Source: Octopus sinensis (taxonomy: Eukaryota). From it: a stretch of 64,000 nt of DNA. Below are positions 13,148-26,966 of the stretch, in pieces; the first letter of the stretch is position 1; each line of letters opens with the position of its first letter. The DNA is taken from NCBI RefSeq assembly GCF_006345805.1, contig NC_042998.1, positions 63,488,001-63,552,000 of the forward strand, written 5' to 3'. The translations under genes and the position numbers were made by a program. Under the pieces are notes generated by a model. It worked only from the letters and a program-made list of their open reading frames with translations, was not told where the DNA came from and did not search any database.

Positions 13148-16100
13148 AATATATTCAAATATATATATATATATATTTATACATATATATATATACATGC
13201 ATATATGTATATATATACATATATGGATATATGCATATGCATATAAATATATATATATATATGTGTATGTATGTGTGTATATTTATTTATATATATCTTA
13301 GAACACAGACACATGGAGAGACAATCACATGTATACAGGGTCATACTCACCAATAGGGAGAACGAAAAAAATATTCACATCAAAATAAGACGGAAGGAAC
13401 CGTAAAACACATAAAAAGTATAAATACAAATTTAGAAATTAGAAAGACTAATTGTATCAATATAATGAATATGAGAATTTGTTTTCTTCTCGACAGCATT
13501 TGCAATGCGGCAGGGTTGTTTTAAAGTTTAATGGTTAAGAGAAGCCATTGCTGCATTAAATCATCAACCATTAGAAGGGAAGGACACGTAGCAAACGCAT
13601 ACATTAACAATAACTTAAACATACACAGAGACGACAGATGTGCACAGTGTCACAGACACATGCGTACAAACATACACACATACATGCACATATACACACA
13701 CAACACACACGCATACACACACACATATACATACATACATTTGTGTATATATGTATGTATCTATGTATATATATATATATATACAAATACATATATATGC
13801 ATGTATGTATGTATGTATATATTTTTTTAAATTGCGTTTGTGTTTCATTATTTGAAGTAGAAATACACATGAAATCGCACAAAAGAACGTTGAAGTCAAA
13901 TATTATAAAACTGTAACTTTAAATTAATCAAAAAGAACAAAACTTATATAAAAAAACCAAACCAAGTAGAATAGACGGCTCTGTTGATTGGAAGATATAA
14001 ATTTTCTATGGAAACAGTGAAATAATTGGAAGTGAATGTCAATGGTGAGAAGATATGAAGGAAAAATAAATGCTATGTCTAATAAGACTTTGACTGGCTT
14101 ATACATTTTATGTTTGAATTTTTGCTGGTTTTTATTCTTTGCCTTATTTGTATCATCGCCGATGATATAGTTATTTTTGTTGTTGATGGTGAGAGTATAA
14201 TAACGCAAGTAGTTTTATTATTGTGAGTTTTGAAGGTTGTTTTTACTGTGTTTTCTATTTGCTTTGCGAGTAATTGCTTCATTTTTATGTTGTTGTGTGA
14301 TGTGTTTCTTTATTGTTATAAATGGTGTTGTTTGCCTGGACTGTGTTGAAGATTTTGCTAGCTTGGCGATTTGCTTCTATACATTAGCAGTTATGAGCAT
14401 GTCGACTGTTTTGGCAATCCACTAGTTTTATACGGAACAAATGTTTTCAATTGTGACCACAAGAACTGTTTCAGATATCGTTATCCATGCCTTCGTCATA
14501 AAATAATCCTGTAGACGTTACATTGTTGCTATTACTAACAAATTTTTGGCCTTGATCAGAGTTCCTCTTTCGCTCTTATATATAAGCTACGACAAAATCA
14601 CCTCTTATTCATCGTTAATGATTCAACAGTAAATGCTCGGTGTACGACACTCTAAACCATACTCTAAAAAATACGCCGACACACTACATACATGATAATT
14701 CCATTCCCATCTGCATAATACCATTTGTGTAATATTAGTGACCGTTTGAAGTTTAGGATGTTTTTCTGCCGCAGACTACAAAGATATTTTCTTATTACTC
14801 TTCCTGTTAAATTTGTTTGTGTTTTTATTGTACATTCATATAAGCGTCACGATTTCATTACAGAGTATAGACCACAATGACCAATTGTTCAATGAGAAAG
14901 TAGGCTGTGATTCAGTCGAGATTGCTCTGTTATTTTCCATGTGAGAGACTATATTTTCTAAGGTATTTTTAATTCATTCAATACTGTGTAATGTGTTTTA
15001 AGGAATATTTGGTTTCTGTTTCTAGCTAGTCAAGCTATCTCGTTGGTTTTCCAGTTTGTGATGAGAGTAGTCAAGGAACTTTACTTCTTTTTGTTTATAA
15101 TAGTTGTTTTTAACCAATGAAATACGTCAATGCTATTTTGGCACAGTTTCTGTTATTCTATATCACATGTATAATATAATTTTTTTATTGCTCTTAATTA
15201 TACCCACAACCTTGCAGCTACATCCCTGTCCTAGCCTCATTACTATTCCAGTTGTTCGTAATGCCAGAATTCTATGTAATTTATTTCTCTATAATGTACT
15301 AGTTTACCTCATTCAGTTGCGGGCATACGAAAGACTACATCAAAACGTTTAATCATTCAAATAAATACATTCAAAATCTTATATTATTCTATCAAAAACA
15401 TTTTATTCCACAAGTGAGTAACTGGAACGTAAATACAAACACAACGATATGCGCACACATTCGTACAAACACATAAGAAAACTTCCACACACTTTATGTC
15501 TACAAGCCATTGATCGGTGCATTATTATAGAAGACACTTGCCCGATGATGTACCGACCAGACAATGAGACTGAACCTAAAGCAACGTAGTTTCAAATGTC
15601 TGTTTAACTCCACATCCACATTTTATTTCCAAAGGATTTTTTAAAAATCTGTCAGATAATTTCTTTCTAATAGCTTTCGTTTTTATTCATCACAGTCAGT
15701 AGTTTCCAACATTTATTTTATACAACAATTATCTAAATCTATTTCCTTTGTCTCCCTGTGTTTGGTGTAAATATATCCTGTGTACATAATATTCAAAGCG
15801 GAATAATATTTAATTTTTAATTTGATTATATCTCATAACTCATTAAGCCATTAATTTATTATATTTGAATCCAGTAAACAACTTAAATATTGTGTTTATA
15901 CCCATTAATATTGCTGGATATTTCAGCAGCTTTCCCTTATCTCGCCTACCATTAGACATAAAACTTTAGTGTTTTATTTTGCGTTGTTCTCATTGGTTTT
16001 AACTGAAGGTATTTGAGGGTTGTGTTTAAGATGGTCACCTCATGTATATACAGTTGTGGTTCAGTTCAGGAACAAAGCAGCGCAATGCATCTCTTAAAAT

Positions 16101-16170
16101 GACACGTCACCTCATGTTGATGCAGTCTGCGTAGCTATAAGCGAGTACTGACCAGGTGCTGCACCATCAG

Positions 16171-16215
<45 letters not shown>

Positions 16216-17479
16216 CAGTTGTCACATTCCTCCGTGTTGCACTGGGTCAATATTGAGTGATGGCGAGAAAGGTTCCATCATTTCTTGCAACTACATATGC
16301 ACGAACAAAATTATCTAACAACATGATAAATGTCGAAAATGTATTCTCGATAGCTGTTCTCTATGTTTGGTAGTTTCTTTTTCCGTCACCTTTGTCATGT
16401 CCAGTAATAGATTTATTTAACGTTAGATATATACCTTCAGGCATATTTATACTAACGTTGGTATTAGTGGTATTCTCCAAGGTCAGACTTAGTCTAGTAA
16501 TGGGTGAATACATTGCAGCTAAAAATATATCATTCTAATGTTATCACCAATGACTGAATTTTGGTATAAAAATATAAGTTTGCTGTTTATGATAAGTTAA
16601 CCTTCGTTGAAGGAATTTACATGCATTTTACCCGACTTAGTGTTTGGTTCCTAAAGCTTTCTAAATTGATGAGCAAAATATAAGAGATACTTGCTCTCAG
16701 TAGAAACTAATGGGGCGCCTTAATGTTGTTTGATGCTGCAAACACTCTTCCTTGCTGGTAACTAAAGTAATTATATTGTTGAGACTCGTTGTGTGTCTTC
16801 AGCAAGTAAGTCAAGATTACAAGAATCTGGCACCTTTAGCTCGTATGCTTCACCTAAGTGGAAACTGAAATATTATTCAACTTTTAACTTACTAAGGAAA
16901 ATTGTATTTCGGGTTGTCTTAAAACACGGTAAGTGGAAAATCTGTTTACAGCTAACAGAACGTTCTTCGCCATATAATAACATGTCAAACGAGGTAACTT
17001 ATATACGTGGTAGACACTGTTTTGTCTGCATTGTTCACAGTCCGTACTGTTAGAGACAGAGGATATCAGCTACGTTCGCACGATATTTGTCTGTTGCTTA
17101 ATGGACGACAGCGAGCCGGTCTGGTTGATGCTTCAAGATATATGATATACTTCCAAGATAATTACGATAATGAAAATAGGTGAAAGAGAATAAAGAGCAT
17201 GACGATGGTGTCCCTGCTGATTATGATGAAGATAAAGAGAAGACGACGACGACGACGTTGACCACGACAGTGGCGAAGATACTTATGACGTAAGAAAGGC
17301 AACAGATAGTGATTTAATTTGCTATGCATCGCTATAATTTTCAGAATAACAACAACCAGCTTATCATTTGCAATTTTGTGTGAAAGGGTATTCAGAGTAT
17401 TTTATATGAACTACCTCAGTATATATAATATATAGGCAAGTACAGTCATCACTACAAAGATGGAGGGTGCTAATAAGCA

Positions 17480-17725
17480 ACAGAAGTGCTAGAAATCTGA
17501 GTCAAAACAACTCTTAGCCACGAACAGAGCAATTTTCCAACGGCTGACAAGGGAGACAGGTTCCCTCCTTACACAAGATGCAGTTATATCAGTGTTGATT
17601 TCAGATTTAACTAATCTTCATCAGTGACGCATTACTATATCGCCGAGTATTGAAGAACCTAAGTCACCTTGTCAGCCATATAGAGAATACCATAGGAAAT
17701 ATCGACTGATTTCGAAAATGGTGAA
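17480..17725 (+). pseudogene. Possible ancient LINE RT fragment
   Basis: FISDALLYRRV...NID*FRKW*SEN weakly resembles the CR1/L2 segment (L)FADD..LYR.I...LD.L..W..N; several stops. Confidence 0.3.
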
Positions 17726-17734
17726 GTGAGAATT

Positions 17735-17798
<64 letters not shown>

Positions 17799-17805
17799 AT
17801 GTATG

Positions 17806-17853
<48 letters not shown>

Positions 17854-17858
17854 ATATG

Positions 17859-17892
<34 letters not shown>

Positions 17893-17998
17893 AATATACA
17901 TGTATATATAATATATATATGTGTCTGTGGTGTGTGTGTGTGTGTATAAATAAGAATAAGATCGTTAATTTAAATTAAATAACGATCTTATCAAGTGG

Positions 17999-18051
<53 letters not shown>

Positions 18052-18061
18052 CGTGATGCAT

Positions 18062-18275
18062 ATATGCCATTTGAATATGGCTAACCCAAAAGGGTGGATG
18101 CTACTGTAGTTTGTAGCCCCAGGAAGACACCTCCTCCGCTGGCTATAGACACACTATATGTGTCCTGTCAGTATTTGTGTTATATATATATGTATTTATA
18201 TTTCTCTCGGCGTATATTCCACTGATGAGGCAAAGCATTTCTAAATGCAAAGTCAGAAATCCGGGATCTCGAATT
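18062..18275 (+). mobile_element. Penelope-type repeat with degenerate hammerhead motif
   Basis: 18066-18165 is homologous to 59655-59755. Contains ctgatga-ggc...gtc-agaaatccgggatc at 18222-18270. Confidence 0.5.
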
Positions 18276-18399
18276 ATCCAGTAACTTTTTACTAGTTTTA
18301 TTTTGTATTTTTTGTCTTCTCTCCTAGTGCAATATGAAGACTAAATGGGGGCTTTACAGTCAGATTCTGGCTGCTATTTTACAGCATGGCGGTATCTGG

Positions 18400-18600
<201 letters not shown>

Positions 18601-18749
18601 AGGGATTGGTGTTTCCACGCAGGAAAAAATATAGGAAAATGTGCTGTTGAAAATGCACTTAAATTTCAAAAGCTCGTAAATGTTTAAAATACATTTATTT
18701 ACGAGTTTCAACAATATTTTTTGTTTATGAATGGTAAAAGTGTAAAATT

Positions 18750-18865
18750 AGAAAAACTTTGTTATAAGTTTCAACGTTGACAATTCAAAATGTTTTAATG
18801 TTGACAAACTAAAATGTTACAATGTTGATAAATTAAAATGTTTCAATGTTGATAACTTATCACGT
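18750..18865. repeat. ~24-bp minisatellite, 4-5 degenerate copies
   Basis: Repeating aaaatgtt(t/a)caatgttgataaa(t/c)t. Confidence 0.7.
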
Positions 18866-19422
18866 TCAAAACAAGGTGTAAGTTTGAAATTAAAACTGTA
18901 TATTAATTTGTTAGAATGTACAAGGTTCATTAATTTCAGTGGTGATCGACAAGTCATACTGAAAAAAGCAAGTGTGAGAATTAAAATAGTAAAATAAGGG
19001 GAAATTTACAGTTTCTCAGATCTTGTTTAAACAGTCGCTTTTGCTTGTAATGGTATGTTTAGGGAAATATTTATTTATAATTCTTTTTTCTGCGAGCGTA
19101 TCTGATTTTGATTCGTTAAAAAATTGATTGACGTTTTTCGTCCGTGGTCAAGATTGTCGTTCTGGCTGGTTGGTTTCCTTCCGGATACTGTTATAGGTCG
19201 TTCTGGTTGGTTTGTTGTCTTAAAGGGTCTCTTCGTTGTATTCGTTGAAGTTCCGTTTTGGTTGGTTTGGAATTATGTGTCGTCAGCAACTGGTGTTTGT
19301 GGAATTTCATTTGACTGGAGGTGGGTGACGTCAGCATATTGTGTTTGTGTGGTGATTTGGAGATGCGGTTTCGAAATCCCGGTGGAAGATTGTTACTAAA
19401 ATTTTATTGTTTCTTTTGTGCT

Positions 19423-19722
19423 AAACAAGTGAAAATATACGAAATAAATATTTACCCATGTACTAATTAGTTTCAACTGTTATTTTCCGCAAGGAAAAGT
19501 GCAGCCATCATCAGCATGGTCCCATATAAAATGCAATTTGCTGGACTAGACGCAAACACGATACCGAAATATCGCGTGCGTGGAGTACAGCCTATTACAT
19601 TTGAATATATATTGAAATACCTTTACTTTTGCGTCTAGTCCAGCAAATTGCATTTTATATGGGACCATGCTGATGATGGCTGTACATGGGTAAATATTTA
19701 TTTCGTATATTTTCACTTGTTT
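19423..19722. repeat. Perfect two-segment inverted duplication
   Basis: 19423-19463 is the exact reverse complement of 19682-19722 (41 bp); 19502-19556 is the exact reverse complement of 19628-19682 (55 bp). Confidence 0.95.
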
Positions 19723-19838
19723 ATTGCTTTGGTTTTGTGCTGAGTTTGATCTGAGAACATAATCTTTTGTGGAGAATGGCGATTTGACGTCTATATCTAG
19801 CATGTTGACTGTCCACTTTTCGCGTTCAGTCCTTAATT

Positions 19839-19907
<69 letters not shown>

Positions 19908-20368
19908 GTATATGTATATATATATGTATATATATATATATTATCTCGTTTGGCTTAACAGCCCTCTTTGTTTGTGTTACTGTTATTCTCCGTTGACCTG
20001 TTTATAATTTGTACTGTCGTTACTGTCCTGTTTTTGTTACCATTTTTACCCCTCCGCAAAAAAATCTCAAATTTTATTTAATTTGATTTCCGTGGGTAGG
20101 AAAATTTCATTGAAGTCATGTATCGCCTGACCTTCGAAACGTGGAGTAGATGAAATTAATGCGACTGAAGAAGGGGAATTTTCCTTGTTTTTATGTCCTG
20201 TACTCTATTTTTTCGTTGTTTAAAAAAAATGTCCATTTCCTCGGTTTTGTGTTTATGTTTTCGTTTCTCATTTTGTACGACGTGTTTTGGTGTCTTGTAC
20301 CCATATATGCATGTATACATACATGTAGAGGTAGATACGTACATATATGTAGGTGTATATGCATATGT

Positions 20369-20407
<39 letters not shown>

Positions 20408-20409
<2 letters not shown>

Positions 20410-20668
20410 AGGCGCAATGGCCCAGTGGTTACGGCAGGGCACTCGCGGTCGTAGGATCGCTGTTTCGATTCTCAGACCGGGCGTGTCTGAGTTGTGAGTG
20501 TTTATTGAGCGAAAACACCTAAAGCTGCACGAAGCTCCGGCAGGGGCTGGTGGCAAACCCCTCTGTACTCTTTCGCCACAATTTTCTTTCACTCTTTCTT
20601 CTGTTGGCCTGTTCGCTTAGCCAGCGGAGTGGCGTCATTTGAAGGCTAAAAAAAATGCGAAGCGCAAA
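20408..20668 (+). mobile_element. tRNA-derived SINE, family C (full length)
   Basis: Head ggaggcgcaatggcccagtggtt (A box)...gtttcgattc (B box), then body ending ggcgtcatttgaaggc. Confidence 0.9.
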
Positions 20669-20867
20669 AAATAGGATAAAATCATTATAAGAAATTATCA
20701 AGTAATTAGCGTGAAAAACCTTATAAGGGAAAACATTATTAATTTTTCCCTTTAAATATAATTATTTATACTAAGGGCATTACTATACATAAATGCCTCA
20801 CGCTAGGATGGACTCTTAATGTCAAAACTACCATAATAAACACATTACACCGAACGCGAGGGAATGC

Positions 20868-20908
<41 letters not shown>

Positions 20909-20952
20909 TGTCTGTCTCTCTCTCTCTCTTTATATATATATATATATAACAT

Positions 20953-21207
20953 ATCACCGTGACCGACCGGGCTATCGCAGGACACAATGCACTTCGCATT
21001 GTTATAGCCTTCAAATGACGCCACCCCGCTGGCTAAGCGAGCAGGCCAACAGAAGAAAGATGGAGAGAAAATGTGGCAAAAGAGTACTGCCTCGTGGAGC
21101 TTTCGGGGTTTTCGCTCGATATACACTCACAACGCCGGTATGGGAATCGAAGCCGCGATCATACGACCGCGAGTCCGCCGCCCTAACCACATGGCCATTG
21201 CCCCTCC
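20953..21207 (-). mobile_element. tRNA-derived SINE, family C (inverted relative to 20408 copy)
   Basis: Reverse complement is colinear with 20408-20668. Confidence 0.9.
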
Positions 21208-21260
<53 letters not shown>

Positions 21261-21315
21261 TATATATATAATATATATATATATATACACACATATATAT
21301 ATATATATACATATA

Positions 21316-21375
<60 letters not shown>

Positions 21376-21400
21376 GATACATATATATGTATATCTTTCC

Positions 21401-21441
<41 letters not shown>

Positions 21442-21461
21442 GTATATATGTATATATATAA

Positions 21462-21658
21462 AGTTAATTCAAACAAGAAAGCACAAAAAACACAACAACG
21501 TGAGGACGTGGAACAAATATAGTATTATTGGACGCTCAGGAAAGAAGGAAAGAAGGAGAGTCTAACGTTTCAAGCGGAGCTCTTCCTCGGAAAGATAGAA
21601 GAAGGAAGATCCAGAGAAGGGAAGACAGAGGAAAAAAATCGCCAACGGTACACACCAT
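21462..21658 (-). mobile_element. Penelope-type terminal repeat with degenerate minimal hammerhead
   Basis: Same family as 63630-63838. Minus strand reads cttt-CCGAGGA-agagctccgctt-GAAAC-GTT-agac (21560-21594). Confidence 0.65.
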
Positions 21659-21667
21659 ATATATATG

Positions 21668-21769
<102 letters not shown>

Positions 21770-21932
21770 GTATATCAATATCTATATCCATCTGCCTATC
21801 TACCTGTCTATATATATATACAGAGAAGAGAGAGAGAGAGAAAACGTCAAGCAAAAGGTTAGTCCGGTGTTATCCACACAGCTCGAAGTACGGTGAATAA
21901 AATCAAAATAAGTAACAGGATTTCAAGAAGTG

Positions 21933-22020
21933 ATGCAGTACGACCGTTTCCAGCGGCTCCATTTAATTAAACAATGCAATCATTACATCAGTTTGAATAC
22001 ATCGCTATCGTCAGATGCAT
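21933..22020 (-). ncRNA. Type I minimal hammerhead ribozyme motif in a Penelope-type repeat
   Basis: Minus strand: atgcat-CTGACGA-tagcg...cgctg-GAAAC-ggtc-GTA/ctgcat. Conserved core, stem II, short stem III, GUA cleavage triplet, and stem I with one mismatch. Confidence 0.65.
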
Positions 22021-23786
22021 AAATATTGAACGTCAAGAGAAAGGTTACGCTAATATAATTTTTCTTCAATATTTTAACAGAGGAGGAAGATGGAAGAAAT
22101 TCATGTTGTCGCTTTTGTAGCAGGAAGGGCTAAGAGAAGTGACTACAATTTTATTATAAGAGTGGTTTGGGACACAGTGGGAGTCATAGGGGTGTAATTC
22201 ATTTCCAATTTATCTATCTCTTTATCTTCAATTAAAATCTGAGAGTAGAAAACTGTGTATATTCAGAATAAAAAGAAAAGTGGGTTGACGGCTCATATTG
22301 GTTATAGATATTGTCACAGGTACTCCTTTACCCACATTAAAAAGAAAGAAAACCTTTAGAAAGAGTCAATTAGATAGAAGTAACTGTCTATAAACGAGGT
22401 GGGGGTAGGTGTGACATTAATTCATAATGTTACCAGTTAAAGCGGCAAACACTATGAAACTTAAGATGCTCTAATGAGATTCAGGAAAATATTATAATGA
22501 GGTCCAGGAAAATATTAGGGGCTCAATGAGAGAACCTTTATAAGCAATATTAATATGCTGTACAACAACAACAAAAATCAACAAAGTGATATCATAATCA
22601 AATTAGCTATAAGGTGTGTATGGATCAATTTTAAACATTAAAAGGAAGATTGCTAGTATATAGAATCAATTCAGCACCTCATCTTTATTTAATTAATCCA
22701 TTATACGGTGATCTCTACAAAGACCACTCAAACCACTTACATATGGAATATCTGGAAAGATATACATACTATCTATTGACTGAAAGTAATGAATCAGAAG
22801 GAGGATAATAAGATAATGATAGTACATAAACATAATTATATATAATTATTTAAGAAAAACGTGTGTACTGATATAAGTAGGTGTAATATATAAAAATAAT
22901 GCATACAGATAATATAAAAAATGGTTTATATATACATATACACACACATATACACACATACACATTATATCACTATCAAATTTGACATTCTACTCTGAAT
23001 TACAATACAAGCTGGACTGTTGACGTCTGTTGTTCTTAAGCAGCCCTGCTAAGTGGGAATAGCATGGTAATTTCGATACAATAAAAATATATCTATTCCC
23101 TCTATCCAACATAGTGAGATCAATATCAGATAATATTTGCCCTGTCTAAAATGCATTATTGATATATTCTGGTTATTGTTACAAAACTACACACATAGAC
23201 ATATGTATATGCACACATATATAAATATTTATACACTCACGCATACACACGTATGTGTATACAAATTTCCATGAAGGTAATGTATTATTCAAAAAAGTAC
23301 TTAATCTGCACATTCAGAATCATACGCACGCATTCATATCAAAGAAAATAGACAAGTACAGATGATAAAAGAGAAATTTCCCCAAGAAGAGAAAAGCATA
23401 TTGAGAAACACCGCTGAGGGAAAAGTAAAATCAGAGAATAAGCCAACAAGAAGTGCAATGCGACAGCAGAAAATGTAATCACTTTGCAGATAATAAATGA
23501 GAAAGACTCGTTGAAGTAAGATGACCTGTTGGAATTTTCAGCTGAATTATTGGTTTCCAAATCTATTCATCATCTTAAAAATAATAGTTAACCTGACATG
23601 GATTATGAAATTCTAGATATACTTAAAATGGTATGATGACGGTTGCAATGCATATGGCCATAGGTGGTTTGAAGAAAGTTACTTGAGGCTGATTAAAATA
23701 AAATCTCAAACGTAAAGTTAATTCAAATTTCAGAATTCTACAATGAGGATTCATAATAAAATAAGGTCTTGTTTGAAGAATAATAC

Positions 23787-24012
23787 CTATTTCTTTACTA
23801 CCCACAAGGGGCTAAACACAGAGAGGGCAAACAAGGACAGACAAACGGATTAAGTCGATTACATCGACCCCAGTGCGCAACTGGTACTTATTTAATCGAC
23901 CCCGGAAGGATGAAAGGCAAAGTCGACCACGGCGGAATTTGAACTCAGAACGTAAAGACAGACGAAATACCGCTAAGCATTTCGCCCAGCGTGCTAACGA
24001 TTCTGCCAGCTA
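23787..24012 (-). mobile_element. tRNA-derived SINE, family B (full length)
   Basis: Reverse complement of the 37261-37486 and 49344-49577 copies. Confidence 0.92.
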
Positions 24013-24632
24013 CCGATGTGTTCTAGTGAATACGTAGCTCTAATCTGGTTTAACTCAATACGATAGCCGCACTAAAAAACAGATGAGATTACTTGTCATA
24101 TTTTGTGAGATTATTTTTTCTCCAGTAGACACAGACCACTCAACTACTTAGAGTCGTCCCTATGTTAATAAAATTGAGGAACTGCCAATACAAATGCTGA
24201 AGAGAGATCCCCAACATGCCGTTCTGAAATGCATTTTGATTTTGGCCGCTTGAGGTAGAATAAACCACTGTACACATACAGAAACAACAACGAAATTTAA
24301 GCTTCTAAATATGCTTCATTGCACAAAAAAGAGAAATTCAATATAAAGTCGTGACATTTATAGAATTATATTTAATTCAACAACATAGCGAAGTGTTCCG
24401 GAAAATGTTGCAGGGAGCATAAACAGAAAAATAAATAAAAGCAATTGATATTACATAACCGACATGAAACACATTTCCAGATTCTACAGAATCGAAGCTC
24501 CACGATAGAAAATGATACTGGCTTTACACATTGGTGTCTATTTTATTCTGACACTATTACATATCAGATTGCTCCTGGAATATATGTGTGTTTATGTATG
24601 CATTCGTGTCCGTGTGTCTATGTTTGGATGGA

Positions 24633-24674
<42 letters not shown>

Positions 24675-24681
24675 GAGAGGT

Positions 24682-24765
24682 GCAGGGGTGTCTGTGTGGT
24701 AAGGAGCTTGTTTCCCAACCACATAGTGTCGGGTTCAGCTGCATTGTGTGGCACCAAGTGAGTGG
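24682..24765 (+). mobile_element. SINE family A head fragment
   Basis: ggtgcaggggtgtctgtgtggtaaggagcttg..ccaaccacat...gggttcag...gtggcacc. Confidence 0.7.
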
Positions 24766-24883
24766 ATTTGATAGACCGTTACTGAATTAAGAACGCAGTA
24801 CTTGTACTGACAAGTGACATTCGTGGTCAGTTTTACACGGTTGTCGGTTTGAGCGACTGTTTAACTCGAAGAGGGCATCTGGT

Positions 24884-24919
<36 letters not shown>

Positions 24920-24926
<7 letters not shown>

Positions 24927-25062
24927 AAAAAAATATATAAAAAAGTAAAAAAATGGGACAAGAACGCAAAACACTCAAAGAGACGACACAAAAATACGGA
25001 CGGGTCATTCGAAGCCTCTAATCTTCAGTCAAGAACCGGATCATCCTCGCAATTTCGGCTGA
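24920..25062. mobile_element. Penelope-type repeat fragment
   Basis: A-rich lead-in ending gcaatttcggctgata next to (TA)n, with a ctgaaga motif on the minus strand. Assignment is by resemblance to the other Penelope-type ends here. Confidence 0.35.
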
Positions 25063-25079
25063 TATATATATATGTGTGT

Positions 25080-25315
25080 GTGTATCTGTCTGTCTGTCTT
25101 GGTCACCCCCCCACACAATCACTTGACAACTGATGTTGGTGTGTTTACGACCTCGTAACGTAGCGGTTCGGCAAAAAGGGCCGATAGAATAAGTACTATG
25201 CTTACAAAGATTAATTTCTGGTGTCGATTACTTCGACTAAAAAAAGACGATACTCCAGCATGGCCGCAGTTAAATGTCTAAAACAAGTAAAAGAGTAAAA
25301 GAAAAGAATAAAAGA
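25080..25315 (+). mobile_element. SINE family A 3' half
   Basis: cttgacaactgatgttggtgtgtttacg...gcggttcggcaaaa...ccgatagaataagtact...cagcatggccgcag...aaacaagtaaaagag. Confidence 0.85.
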
Positions 25316-25471
25316 ATATAGTTACGCACATATTATTTACACATACATGCATACATACGTACGTACGTACATATAAACAAACATGTGCCCATTTATATAG
25401 ATACATCTACAAAAGTGTAGACGAAAATACACACGGGCATATACGTGTGCCAATCCTTATCTTTCTATTTT

Positions 25472-25546
<75 letters not shown>

Positions 25547-26425
25547 CTGTCTATCTATTTGTCTATCTACCATATCTCCCTCTCTCTTTCCCGATGCACG
25601 CACACACAAACACATATATAAATACATACGTCCGTATGTGTGATGCACAAATATATTTATCTATAAATACATCCATTTTACATTAGATACCTAGCGTAGC
25701 AGGTATATATTCTTATATCCTCGTTAATATTCTTTCACTGGGAATTCATTTACACGAGAAATTCTCTTTTCTTTTTTGTAAATTTTCCCGATTGAATTCA
25801 GTTCCCTCAATTTTAATGAGTATATATTGCCTATATCAAAATGGATGTTTCTAGAAATACATCATGTCTTCAGGCGTTAATTATTTCAGAAATCATTTCA
25901 CCTAAGGTGAGTTACACACTCACACACATAAACAATCGCGCCTACGTATAGATATACATTCCTTTGCATACGCACACAAATACACATCCACACGTGCATA
26001 TAATTACTTGTATGCAGCAACATCAATTTTGTTTTACTGCCACGAAAGTTATTTCGTATGCTCAACCTAACTCCACATATACAATATTCGTTAGACAACA
26101 TAATTTCTGAAGATATCGTGAATAGAATAATATAATAAGGAACATCCGCAGAGTCCCCAACAGTAACCATTTTTCAGTTCAGTCTTCAGCTATTTATACT
26201 CAGGCCAAATTTCCTCCTTGAATGTGAAAATAGTCAAGGGACAATAATCTTATATTCTCTAATATTTTCTTAAACACCGTATTACAAATCCATAAAATCA
26301 TATACACAGCGCGCGCGGATACACACAAACGCACACACACATAAATATATAAATATATGTATGTCTAAAAACATGCATACTTGTATACATACATTTATAT
26401 GTGCAAGCATCATCCTATGAATAAA

Positions 26426-26966
26426 TGTTCGTTTGTCCGGAAAGATCGTCCTGATTTATAGTAGCTTACCTTTCGACTTATTTTAGAACATGTTTGAGAT
26501 CATAAAATGGGATCTGACTACATCTCCATTTAGAGCACAGTTTAAGCTATCGTTTCGTGGAAGAAGGTTTATGTTCCTATAAACTGTGTTAATTTTGTAA
26601 CCCTTTAAAATGGAATTTAAGTAAGTTCATTTTCGGCGCTTGATGCTTTGGGAACCAGACAAATATTGCTGCAGATCGGCTTGGATGTGTTACACCACCT
26701 CACCAGATATTGCTCCTTCCGAGTTTCACTTATTCAGGTCTCTGCAGAATAGTCTTAATGGTAAAAGTTTCAATTCCTTGGATGACGTAAAAAGATACCT
26801 TGATGAATTCTTTGCCATGAAACCACCTCAATTCTTTCAAGGAAAGAGGGAGATGCATAGTGCTACAAAATGTTTCATATTTGGTTGATGAAAATGTAAT
26901 GGCAAGTATTTATTGACCTTTTTCTTTCCCTTTAAAATTGACACAAACTTTCCAGACAACCCAATA
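26426..26966 (+). mobile_element. Internally deleted mariner (~540 bp) retaining both TIRs and the transposase C-terminus
   Basis: SPDIAPSEFHLFRSLQNSLNGKSFNSLDDVKRYLDEFF (YSPDLAPxD motif). TIR-like ends gtttgtccggaaag and aaactttccagacaacccaata. Confidence 0.85.

Noticed and set aside
14500-14590. SDQGQKFVS on the minus strand, resembling the integrase SDQG motif
   Set aside because: No other integrase or LTR-element motifs nearby.
25874-25906. Micro-exon candidates with good splice signals (also 23493-23518, 30320-30348, 33057-33092)
   Set aside because: AG...GT pairs of this quality occur by chance in 64 kb, and no coherent protein can be assembled from them.
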